Position numbers and translations under genes: made by a program | Shown: one piece after another, positions 50,344 to 58,672 of the stretch | Numbering within the stretch: position 1 is the first letter of the stretch | Layout of the letters: every line of letters begins with the position of its first letter | Notes under the pieces: generated by a model | Seen by the model: the letters and a program-made list of their open reading frames with translations, nothing else | Told to the model about the DNA's origin: nothing | Databases searched by the model: none | IMG/VR virus record: IMGVR_UViG_3300021137_000001 | Location: 62,001-126,000 of that record | Reading direction: 5' to 3' (one strand) | DNA: 64,000 bases

Positions 50344-51323
50344 TAACAGATAACTTACGGAGTCAGATTAATGGAGTCAACACAACCTACAAAAATATCG
50401 AACCGTATGCTTATCGTGATGGGTATAGTGTTGTTTATATTGATCCCGGGCAGTTCTCTTATATTGATAGCCCTGGTTATCCTGAAGTCAAACTTTCCTG
50501 GGCTTGGTCAATTGGCGAAAAGATTGAGAAGATACAGCCGGATTATATTCATATACAAACGGAAGGCCCACTTGGACTAGCGGCACGTTTATATTGTAAT
50601 CGACACAATTTAAAATACAATACAAGTTATCATACCAAGTTCCCAGAGTTCTTAAAGAAAATATATCACATACCAGAGTTTTTAACTTACGCATACGTGC
50701 GTTGGTTTCATAAAGATTCTTATAAAATACTAACAACAACACAAACAATGGTTAACGAACTTAAAGCACATGAATTCGTTGCTCCAATTACTTCGTGGAC
50801 ACGTGGAGTTGATAGAGATAACTTAAAGCCATCTATTGTACATGAAGAATATACAATTAAACCAACAGTACTTTACGCAGGACGAGTAAGCAAAGAGAAA
50901 GGACTTGAAGATTTATGCAAGTTACAAGCACACTATAATATTGAGATTGTAGGTGATGGTCCATTTAGAGAATATTTGTATCACACATACAAAGACGTTA
51001 AGTTTTTAGGGTATCAGTCTGGTGAAGAACTAGCCAACAGTTATACACGTGCCGATGTGTTTGCCTTTCCAAGTAGAACAGATACGTTTGGCATTGTTAT
51101 TATTGAAGCGTTAAGTTGCGGTACTCCGGTTGCGGGTTATCCGGTACCAGGACCAATCGATATACTTGAGCAAGGTGTCAATGGTTATATGAATAATGAT
51201 TTAATGGTGGCGATAGAATTATGCTTGCCACTAGATAGAGCAATAGTACAAAAATCAAGTTTAACTTGGACTTGGTTAAACTGTTGGAATGTGTTTAGAA
51301 ACAACTTGATTAAAACTAAATAG
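50325..51323 (+). CDS. GT4 glycosyltransferase
   Basis: YHTKFPE, GRVSKEK, DTFGIVIIEALSCGTPV. Confidence 0.92.
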   Translation: MSKILIVTDNLRSQINGVNTTYKNIEPYAYRDGYSVVYIDPGQFSYIDSPGYPEVKLSWAWSIGEKIEKIQPDYIHIQTEGPLGLAARLYCNRHNLKYNTSYHTKFPEFLKKIYHIPEFLTYAYVRWFHKDSYKILTTTQTMVNELKAHEFVAPITSWTRGVDRDNLKPSIVHEEYTIKPTVLYAGRVSKEKGLEDLCKLQAHYNIEIVGDGPFREYLYHTYKDVKFLGYQSGEELANSYTRADVFAFPSRTDTFGIVIIEALSCGTPVAGYPVPGPIDILEQGVNGYMNNDLMVAIELCLPLDRAIVQKSSLTWTWLNCWNVFRNNLIKTK

Positions 51324-51356
51324 TAGTATATAATGATATTATAGAAAAGGGTGTGT

Positions 51357-51380
51357 ATGAAGATTGGAATTATCGGATAA
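51357..51380 (+). pseudogene. Orphan start of the nucleotide-sugar dehydrogenase (MKIGIIG*)
   Basis: Rossmann-type start; GGAATTATCGG duplicated at 52155-52165. Confidence 0.75.
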
Positions 51381-51387
51381 ATACTTT

Positions 51388-52143
51388 ATGCATAATTCTT
51401 CTCAACCTTATACCTATCTTATTGGATGGAGCAAATATAAAAAATATTATTACGGAGTTAGGTACGCTAAAAATTGTTTACCAACTGATTTATGGATTAA
51501 ATATTTCACCTCATCATTGATTGTTGCATCGACCCGAGTAGAACTCGGCGAGCCGGATATTATACAAGTTCGAAAAATATTTGTAACTAAAGAACAAGCA
51601 AGAAACTGGGAAACAAAGGTATTGAAACGAATGAAGGTAGTTGTTAGCGAAATGTTTCTTAATAAGAATGATAGACCTGCGCCACCAATAAGTAATCGAC
51701 CTATGTCAGAATATAATAAGAAAAAATTATTAGAAGCTAAATTAGGCAAACCTAGATCTGAAGTAACTAAACAAAAAATTAAAGAAGCAAGAGTTAACCA
51801 AGATATGAATTGCCGACTGGGGCATATTGTATCAGTAGAAACAAGACAAAAAATTCGTGATGCAAATTTAGGTAAAACAATGTCAGCTGACACAAAAGAC
51901 AAAATTTCAGCAGGCAACAAAGGAAAACATTTTGATAAACGATCAGTAGAAACAAGACAAAAAATTCGTGATGCAAATTTAGGTAAAACAATGTCAGCTG
52001 ACACAAAAGACAAAATTTCAGCAGGCAACAAAGGGAAACCAAAACCAATCACACAATGCCCGCATTGTTTAAAATTTGGTGGAGTTTCACAAATGCAACA
52101 GTGGCATTTTAATAAATGTAAACTTTTTAAGAAGGAAGTATAA
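51388..52143 (+). mobile_element. GIY-YIG-like homing endonuclease with NUMOD3 repeats
   Basis: PYTYLIGW...YYYGVR, YFTSS, CPHC..WHFNKC. Confidence 0.82.
51831..52034 (+). repeat. Exact 93-bp direct repeat (period 111 nt) inside the endonuclease
   Basis: 51831-51923 equals 51942-52034. Confidence 0.9.
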
Positions 52144-52934
52144 TGGCAATTATCGGAATTATCGGGTTTGGGTATGTCGGTGGCGCAGTAGCAAGTAGCT
52201 ATGCTGAAGAGAAATTATTAATCAACGACCCTATTGTTCATCCAGCATCGTCAGTTAGTTACGCAACAATGATGAAAAAATGTCGTGCAATATTTGTATG
52301 TGTGCCAACTCCGGAATCAGAGGATGGCACTTGTAATATAAGCATTATGACATCAGTATTAAATGGATTAAAAGGTTACGATGGTTTAGTAATCTGCAAA
52401 TGTACTGCTCCTCCCGATATATATAAACAATTAGAACACGACTTAGATCTTAAACTTGTACATGTTCCAGAGTTTTTAACGCAAGCACGTGCAAATGATG
52501 ATTATATCAACCCACATAAAATAGTAGTTGGCTGTAAGAAAAAATTACGCGAAGAAGTTGCTGATGTGATAATGGCAAGTGCTGTTAACTTTGACAGAGA
52601 TAATATCGAATACTGTGATATTGCTACTGCAAGTTTCTTTAAGTACTTCGCTAACAATATGCTGGCTATCAAAGTTGTATTGAACAACGAGTTTTCTGTA
52701 TTAGCAGGTGCGATGGGTGTTAAGTGGGAAGATATTGCTAGCATAGCATCAACCGATTCGAGACTCGGTGACACACATTGGTCAGTACCGGGCCCAGACG
52801 GACAAGTTGGCTTTGGTGGTGCTTGCTTTCCAAAAGATACAGAAGCATTTGCAAAACTTGCGAAGCCACATAATGTAAAATTATCTGTGCTTAATGCCGC
52901 AATACTGGCTAATAAACTAATGCGTGACGAATAA
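52143..52934 (+). CDS. UDP-glucose/GDP-mannose dehydrogenase-like protein
   Basis: GFGYVG, CVPTP, PEFL, GFGGACFPKD. Confidence 0.9.
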   Translation: MAIIGIIGFGYVGGAVASSYAEEKLLINDPIVHPASSVSYATMMKKCRAIFVCVPTPESEDGTCNISIMTSVLNGLKGYDGLVICKCTAPPDIYKQLEHDLDLKLVHVPEFLTQARANDDYINPHKIVVGCKKKLREEVADVIMASAVNFDRDNIEYCDIATASFFKYFANNMLAIKVVLNNEFSVLAGAMGVKWEDIASIASTDSRLGDTHWSVPGPDGQVGFGGACFPKDTEAFAKLAKPHNVKLSVLNAAILANKLMRDE

Positions 52935-52962
52935 TAAATATAAGATAATTAAGAGAAACTCG

Positions 52963-54018
52963 ATGAACAAGATATTATTCGTACTCAAACGTAAAGACAA
53001 CTTTAACGCAGTTGTTGACTCGCACGTCGGGGTGTCGACTGGACTTTATAACTCTGCAAGTTTTATGAACAACATGCTTAACGATAGCGGAGTTGAAAGC
53101 AAGATGGTTGTTGTTCCAGATAACAACGCCATCGATAGAGAAGTAACAGCATATCGCCCAACACATGTAATCATCGAAGCACTTTGGGTAGTGCCAGAAA
53201 AGTTTATTATTCTAAGCAAACTCCACCCGACAGTAACATGGATTATTAGACTACATAGTGAAATGCCATTCTTAGCAGGTGAAGGTATGGCAATGGATTG
53301 GATTGGCGAATACGCAAGTTTTAAAAATATTGTTATTGCCGCCAACGCACCACGTATGTTAAGTGAAGTACGTTTCTTCTTGCAATGTAAGAATGGTTGG
53401 ACAGACGAGAAAACAAACAGCAAAGTAATTTATTTTCCTAATTATTATCCAACAGAGTTTGTACAAAAACCTTATATGGCCGCCGACAAAGAATTTATTG
53501 ACATTGGCTGCTTTGGTGCAGTCCGTCCGTTAAAGAATCATATGCTACAAGCATTTGCTTCACTTAAATTTGCAAATAAGATAGGTAAGAAATTACGCTT
53601 TCATATTAACTCTGGCAGATTAGAAATGAAAGGCGAACCAGTGTTAAACAACTTACGTGGACTGTTTCAACACTTAGCAGAAAAAGGTCATGTAGTTATC
53701 AGTCATGGTTGGACACATAGAGATGACTTCTTATTGCTATGTGCGCAGATGGATATTGGTATGCAAGTTAGTTTCTCTGAAACATTTAACATAGTTGGAG
53801 CTGACTTTATTAGTCAAGGTGTTCCGCTATTGGGAAGTAGTGAGATTCCGTGGTCGAGTAATACATTTAATAGTGACCCAACAAGTAGTGATGATATATT
53901 TCAGAAGTTAATGCTAACACATAACAATCCTGAGAAGAATATTATGCAACATCAGGGATTATTAACTAAGTATGTAAGTGAAACACAAGGTATATGGCAA
54001 GACTATTTTAAAGGGTAA
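52963..54018 (+). CDS. Glycosyltransferase-like protein (GT-B)
   Basis: GAVRPLKN, SETFNIVGAD. Confidence 0.65.
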   Translation: MNKILFVLKRKDNFNAVVDSHVGVSTGLYNSASFMNNMLNDSGVESKMVVVPDNNAIDREVTAYRPTHVIIEALWVVPEKFIILSKLHPTVTWIIRLHSEMPFLAGEGMAMDWIGEYASFKNIVIAANAPRMLSEVRFFLQCKNGWTDEKTNSKVIYFPNYYPTEFVQKPYMAADKEFIDIGCFGAVRPLKNHMLQAFASLKFANKIGKKLRFHINSGRLEMKGEPVLNNLRGLFQHLAEKGHVVISHGWTHRDDFLLLCAQMDIGMQVSFSETFNIVGADFISQGVPLLGSSEIPWSSNTFNSDPTSSDDIFQKLMLTHNNPEKNIMQHQGLLTKYVSETQGIWQDYFKG

Positions 54019-54022
54019 CAAA

Positions 54023-54241
54023 ATGAGCGTACATCACAAGAAACATCATGTAAAGATACACAAATGGATACACGGGATATTAGAAGTAGTACATCACAAT
54101 TTTGAATCATTGGAAGAAGCATTAGGATTTGCTGATGAACATTCTGCTAACAAAGAACATTCCGGACATCAAGTTAAAGTGTACAACGAAGATAACGAAT
54201 TAGTACATACTACTAACTGCTATCACGATACTTACGCATAA
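54023..54241 (+). CDS. His-rich small protein
   Basis: 72 aa, His-rich. Confidence 0.55.
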   Translation: MSVHHKKHHVKIHKWIHGILEVVHHNFESLEEALGFADEHSANKEHSGHQVKVYNEDNELVHTTNCYHDTYA

Positions 54242-54356
54242 ATTAGATGTCTTTAATGGTTTTACGTATGTTAAATGGTGGTTTTCGGTGCTACTATAGT
54301 TATAAGTACTAGTAACAACACAACGTTGTTTTAGACTTTTATCTAGGAGAATTATT

Positions 54357-54428
54357 ATGTGGACTACACCAGCAGTTACTGAAATGAGATTTGGTATGGA
54401 AATTTGTATGTATGTGATGAACAAATAA
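54357..54428 (+). CDS. pqqA: PQQ precursor peptide PqqA (MWTTPAVTEMRFGMEICMYVMNK), not in the ORF track
   Basis: W-x-x-P...R-F-G-x-E-x-x-x-Y pattern; AGGAG SD; own terminator. Confidence 0.88.
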   Translation: MWTTPAVTEMRFGMEICMYVMNK

Positions 54429-54446
54429 TTATTGTTCTAAGTATAG

Positions 54447-54470
54447 AAAAGACACTCCGGTGTCTTTTTT
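54447..54470 (+). terminator. Intrinsic terminator after pqqA
   Basis: AAAAGACAC-TCCG-GTGTCTTTTTT. Confidence 0.85.
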
Positions 54471-54546
54471 AATGGCTAAATAATCATTGACAGTAGAACA
54501 ATTTAGTGTTATAATAGTACTTTAAATAATAACTTAGGTACATATT

Positions 54547-54810
54547 ATGTCAAAAATAGCTTCAGTTGAGCAATACAATATCGATAACTGCGACGCAGTA
54601 TTTGATGGTAATCGATTCCAATTAATTTTAGCCGCAGGCGTTCGAGCGCATGAGATTGCAACAGCTCGTGTGACTGCATCACGTAATGCTGGCGCGACCG
54701 GAGTTCAAGTAAGGCATGATAATCTTGCTGTAGTTGCGGCACTACTTGAAGTTGACACTGGCAAGTTTGGTAAAGAGTATTTAAACAAAGTAGGCAAGAC
54801 AGGTAAGTAA
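54547..54810 (+). CDS. rpoZ: RNA polymerase omega subunit-like protein
   Basis: NRFQLILAAGVRAHEI...VVAALLEVDTG. Confidence 0.7.
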   Translation: MSKIASVEQYNIDNCDAVFDGNRFQLILAAGVRAHEIATARVTASRNAGATGVQVRHDNLAVVAALLEVDTGKFGKEYLNKVGKTGK

Positions 54811-54860
54811 CAATTTTATCCGGTTAAGGCATAAATACTCTACTAGGGGTGCTTTAACCA

Positions 54861-55280
54861 ATGACTAAAAAAGATAAGATTTATAAATGTTTAAATTGTG
54901 ATGCTATAATTCCGTTTAAAGGATATACATATACACACAAATACTGTAATAATAAATGTCAAAGTGAGTTAAGAGCAAAAGATGCGCTCGATAAACACAA
55001 AGTGGCATTTTTTGAAGGAAGTTGTAAAAGTAGGCCGAGAATTAGGCAGATACTTGCAGAAATTCGCGGATATAAATGTGAATGCTGTGGATTGTCGGAG
55101 TGGCAAGGTAATTCGATTGTGTTGCAAGTGGATCATATTAATGGTGATCCATATAATGACAATCCGGATAACTTGAGACTTATTTGTCCTAATTGTCATA
55201 GCCAAACCGATACATTTGCTGGAGCCAATAGAGGTAACGGTAGATGGAGTAAAGAAGGACTTGCAAGGTATTACAAGTAA
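54861..55280 (+). mobile_element. HNH endonuclease upstream of tRNAs
   Basis: CECC, LQVDHING, NLRLICPNCH. Confidence 0.88.
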
Positions 55281-55293
55281 TTTAATTTTAATT

Positions 55294-55369
55294 GGGTCGA
55301 TAACTCACTCGGCGAGAGTACTGTGCTCATAACGCAGAAGGCAGGGATCATAACCCTGGCGACCCACCA
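55294..55369 (+). tRNA. tRNA-Met/Ile2 (CAT) with atypical T-loop
   Basis: Cloverleaf, loop CTCATAA, CCA; T-loop ATCATAA. Confidence 0.75.
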
Positions 55370-55374
55370 ACAAA

Positions 55375-55452
55375 GCGTCCGTAGCTCATCTGGACTAGAG
55401 CATGGGATTTCTACTCCCAGGGTAGCTGGTTCGAATCCAGCCGGGCGCACCA
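55375..55452 (+). tRNA. tRNA-Arg (TCT)
   Basis: TGGGA-TTTCTAC-TCCCA, GGTTCGAATCC, CCA. Confidence 0.92.
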
Positions 55453-55473
55453 CTTTTTATATAAGGAAACACA

Positions 55474-55665
55474 ATGAGAACAAAGTCAGAATTTGATATT
55501 GCAATGGAAGAATTTTTAGCCAACGGTGGCGAAGTAAAACAAATAGCACGTGGCGTACAAAGTGAAACAGCAACAACAAACTTCTGGGGCGCACCAAAGA
55601 AAAAAGCCGCAGTAGAAGCAGTAAATGAGTTAGGCGCAACAGGTATTGACGTAATAGAAGAATAA
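55474..55665 (+). CDS. Small hypothetical protein
   Basis: AAGGA SD; EEFLANGGEVKQI motif. Confidence 0.65.
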   Translation: MRTKSEFDIAMEEFLANGGEVKQIARGVQSETATTNFWGAPKKKAAVEAVNELGATGIDVIEE

Positions 55666-55722
55666 TAATATCAGTTCAAAAATAAAATATAAATATATTA
55701 GTAATAATGGAGGTAACTCGAC

Positions 55723-56370
55723 TTGCACAATCCTGTAGAAAAACCAACTTGGTTATATAAACCTATCGATGATATCCCTGAATTGAATAAAATTCAAAAG
55801 GAATGTTTTCGAATCTATTCGGCTGTAAAGAAAGATATATGCAAAGATGTTGGCTGGGCCATTGCTGGAATAGAATTAGATATAATGAAAAAACTTGCAC
55901 CAAATTATATTAATTTTTTAAAAAAATTAGGGTTATACGAGATTTATGCCGGTACAGCATTTTCTGCTAGTATAGGGATACAAAAATATCCTTGTCCTGT
56001 ACACGTTGATTGTAAAGACTGGCGCCAATTACCATTTTCACTTAATATACCAGTTGTTGGATGTGAGGATAGTTATACTGTTTTTTATGATGTTGATGAA
56101 TCATCCGATCCTGCAAACGCATTACCAGATACATGGGATAATAATTATATGAAAATGAATAAAATTGAAGGAGTGGTCGGATATTCCGAAAAAACAGCAA
56201 AAGAAATTGGCAGAATGCCTGCTACCCAACCTGCATTTGTAAACATTGGTATTCCTCACCGCCCTGTGACAAATCATACTAATCTAAGATTAGTTATGTT
56301 ATCGAGATTTACACCTGACATATTTGATTATGTAAATAATGACATATTTAAAACTAAATTATCAGAATAA
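55723..56370 (+). CDS. Putative 2OG-Fe(II)/cupin-like protein
   Basis: HVD...SLNIP...H pattern. Confidence 0.5.
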   Translation: MHNPVEKPTWLYKPIDDIPELNKIQKECFRIYSAVKKDICKDVGWAIAGIELDIMKKLAPNYINFLKKLGLYEIYAGTAFSASIGIQKYPCPVHVDCKDWRQLPFSLNIPVVGCEDSYTVFYDVDESSDPANALPDTWDNNYMKMNKIEGVVGYSEKTAKEIGRMPATQPAFVNIGIPHRPVTNHTNLRLVMLSRFTPDIFDYVNNDIFKTKLSE

Positions 56371-56411
56371 TACCAGTTCAAAAATAAATGATAAATAATT
56401 AGATAAAGTGC

Positions 56412-56440
56412 TTGACAAGAGTATAAATAGAATATATAAT
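56412..56440 (+). promoter_or_regulatory. Promoter of the tRNA array (sigma70 with nested late box)
   Basis: TTGACA-N17-TATAAT with TATAAATA inside the spacer. Confidence 0.85.
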
Positions 56441-56474
56441 AGTTGTATAAGTTAATAAGGAAGTGAGAAAACAA

Positions 56475-56600
56475 ATGTTCAAATCGTTACATCAGTTTAA
56501 GATATCAACACTCGTGCAGTTATGCGGCGTGTCTTCTTATTGGTCAGCGATTGAGATGAATACGAGTGATCGCGCACCGAATAGAAAGGGTTTAAGTTAA
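56475..56600 (+). CDS. Putative attenuator leader peptide (41 aa, all 20 amino acids)
   Basis: MFKSLHQFKISTLVQLCGVSSYWSAIEMNTSDRAPNRKGLS*; last codons form the antiterminator 5' arm. Confidence 0.65.
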   Translation: MFKSLHQFKISTLVQLCGVSSYWSAIEMNTSDRAPNRKGLS

Positions 56601-56661
56601 CGTTTATTATTATATATGAATTTTTACTTAAACCTTAGAATTAAAAACTCTAAGGTTTTTT
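56587..56661 (+). terminator. Antiterminator/terminator switch ahead of the tRNA array
   Basis: 56587-56597 pairs with 56626-56636; alternative terminator CCTTAGA/TCTAAGG plus T6. Confidence 0.75.
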
Positions 56662-56775
56662 GCTTTTAGCAGTAAGTGTTTTGGAAACGAGGTCCATAAC
56701 TAAACACTATAAAGATTGTAAGTTGAACGGGCGGAACTAGGGATGAAGCACCTTGTGTGGTGTGAAAAATCTAGC

Positions 56776-56856
56776 ATAATAAAGTACATTAATCGGCAAC
56801 TAGGTCCCACGCAATGTGGATTATGTCAGAGGCGAGTAATTAGTGTGCTTTATTAT
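56776..56856 (+). ncRNA. Long-stem small RNA unit 1
   Basis: 18-bp closing stem with two G-U pairs. Confidence 0.5.
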
Positions 56857-56900
56857 ACGCATTCACATGAGTGCGGTACACAATTTGTAGTGCATTTTGT

Positions 56901-56975
56901 CAGGGTATAGCTCAGCCTGGCCAGAGTCCTCGGTTTGGAACCGAGTTGTCGTAAGTTCGAATCTTACTACCCTGA
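56901..56975 (+). tRNA. tRNA-Pro (TGG), no encoded CCA
   Basis: CTCGG-TTTGGAA-CCGAG; acceptor stem extended by a flanking inverted repeat. Confidence 0.88.
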
Positions 56976-57080
56976 CAAAATGCATTACTTAAAAAGAGGT
57001 TAACACATACGGTAATTGGTAGTATAATAGCTACTTGAAGTTAAGTAATACGCTCTTTAACAGTTTGGAAGTTTTACAAT

Positions 57081-57153
57081 ATCGCATTCATCTAGTGGCC
57101 TAAGATACTGCCCTTTCACGGCAGGTACACGGATTCGAATTCCGTATGCGATA
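57081..57153 (+). tRNA. tRNA-Glu (TTC), no encoded CCA
   Basis: CTGCC-CTTTCAC-GGCAG; ATCGCAT/ATGCGAT acceptor. Confidence 0.88.
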
Positions 57154-57182
57154 CACATAGTAAATTTTGTATAAATACAAGT

Positions 57183-57794
57183 ATGACATATTACTACTTG
57201 TATCAAATCACTAATTTAGTGAATGCAAAAATTTACGTTGGAGTACATAAAACGAAATCATTAGATGACGGATATATGGGCTCTGGAAAAATTATTCAAT
57301 GTGCAATTAAAAAACACGGAATTGATAATTTTAAAAAAGACATACTTGAGACTTTTGACACATCAGAAGCTATGTATGCACGTGAGAAAGAAATAGTAAC
57401 AGATCAGTTTCTGTTACGCGAAGATACCTATAACTTACGTAGAGGCGGAACTGGCGGATTTGATTATATAAACAAGCAACCATGGGTGCATACTACAAAC
57501 AGGATAATAGGAGATATAAAGAAAAGTAAAACATTAAAAGGTAGACGCCCTTCTGAAAATACGTTAATAGCAGTAAGGTTAATGCATCAAGACGGAAGAG
57601 TAAAGTATGATACGTTTACTGGTAAACAGCATACCATCGAAACTAAACAAAAAATGTCAATTGCGAAAAAAGGAAAAGGATGCAATCAGCATAACAGTCA
57701 ATTCGGTACTATATGGATAACGGATGGTATAAGTAACAAAAAAATAAAGAAAGATGTTACTATTCCAGAAGGATGGAATAGAGGTAGAAGTTAA
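57183..57794 (+). mobile_element. GIY-YIG (SegB-like) homing endonuclease in the tRNA array
   Basis: YLYQITN...IYVGVH, YMGSG, YNLRRGG. Confidence 0.88.
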
Positions 57795-57798
57795 GACC

Positions 57799-57904
57799 AT
57801 ATTAAAACATATTTGACCAAGTCGGTGTTCCTTGATGCTAGGATTAGAGCGGACAGCAGTCCGCGAGATGTAGTTGCGATATTACAGCAAGTGTGTTTTA
57901 ATAT
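57799..57904 (+). ncRNA. Long-stem small RNA unit 2
   Basis: 17-bp closing stem with G-U pairs; internal GCGGAC/GTCCGC hairpin. Confidence 0.5.
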
Positions 57905-57915
57905 AGTAAGTCTAT

Positions 57916-57989
57916 TGGCTCATGGTGTAGTGGTAGCACAACAGGTTTTGATCCTGTTAGTTGTAGTTCGATTCTACATGGGCCTGCCA
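57916..57989 (+). tRNA. tRNA-Gln (TTG)
   Basis: ACAGG-TTTTGAT-CCTGT, CCA. Confidence 0.9.
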
Positions 57990-58058
57990 AGTTTTAATGG
58001 AGTGGAAATACCATACTATCAGTCCGTTATGTATAAATACATATATAGGAGAACTGAT

Positions 58059-58457
58059 ATGTTTAAGAACAGTAAGAAACAAGGTGACGCTGGATTAGGG
58101 CAAGCAATAGCATATTTTACAATGAAAGGATATGATGTTGCGTTGCCACTAACAGATAGCGCAGACTGGGATATGATTGTTGAGATAGATGGTGAACTTA
58201 AAAGAGTCCAAGTTAAAACATCTAAACAACTATCTAAAACGGGTATAATGATGTTTAATGCTAATGTAAATGGCGGCAACATGTCATTTAATAAAAAACC
58301 TAAACTTATACCAGAACAACAATGGGATTTATTGTTCTTACATCACTTAGTGACAAATAAGCAAGCATTGATTCCTAAAGAAGCACTAACTACAAAAGGT
58401 CAAGTGAACTTAGGTAGTAGTCAATGTAAGTATAAAGATTTTATGATTAATGGATGA
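58059..58457 (+). mobile_element. PD-(D/E)XK endonuclease (I-Ssp6803I-like family)
   Basis: KQGD..., WDMIVE..RVQVKT; AGGAG SD; stop overlaps tRNA-Tyr. Confidence 0.75.
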
Positions 58458-58537
58458 GCGGCGCAGTTGGAGAGGCGCGGGAGACTGTAAATCTCTTTTC
58501 CCTGAATGAGTAGGTTCGAATCTTACCTCATCCACCA
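58452..58537 (+). tRNA. tRNA-Tyr (GTA)
   Basis: GGAGA-CTGTAAA-TCTCT, long variable arm, CCA. Confidence 0.9.
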
Positions 58538-58542
58538 ATTTA

Positions 58543-58619
58543 GTTGTGTCGTCGGTTCGAAGCCAACCTGTAATCAAGCGAAATAGCAGTTACAGTAGTT
58601 TACTTGGTAAAACAACAAC
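58543..58619 (+). ncRNA. Circularly permuted, anticodon-less tRNA-like element
   Basis: T-arm and 3' acceptor strand precede the 5' acceptor strand and D-arm; ends pair GTTGT/ACAAC. Confidence 0.65.
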
Positions 58620-58651
58620 AATTTTTGTAGTAAATTTAATAGGAGCAACAC

Positions 58652-58672
58652 ATGAAGCGAGTTAAACTTTAG
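58652..58672 (+). CDS. Mini-ORF MKRVKL* upstream of tRNA-Lys
   Basis: AGGAG SD 6 nt before ATG; AAG and AAA codons. Confidence 0.65.
   Translation: MKRVKL

Noticed and set aside
57813-58058. N-terminal extension of ORF 57813..58457
   Set aside because: Runs through a structured RNA and tRNA-Gln; the real start is ATG 58059 with an AGGAG SD
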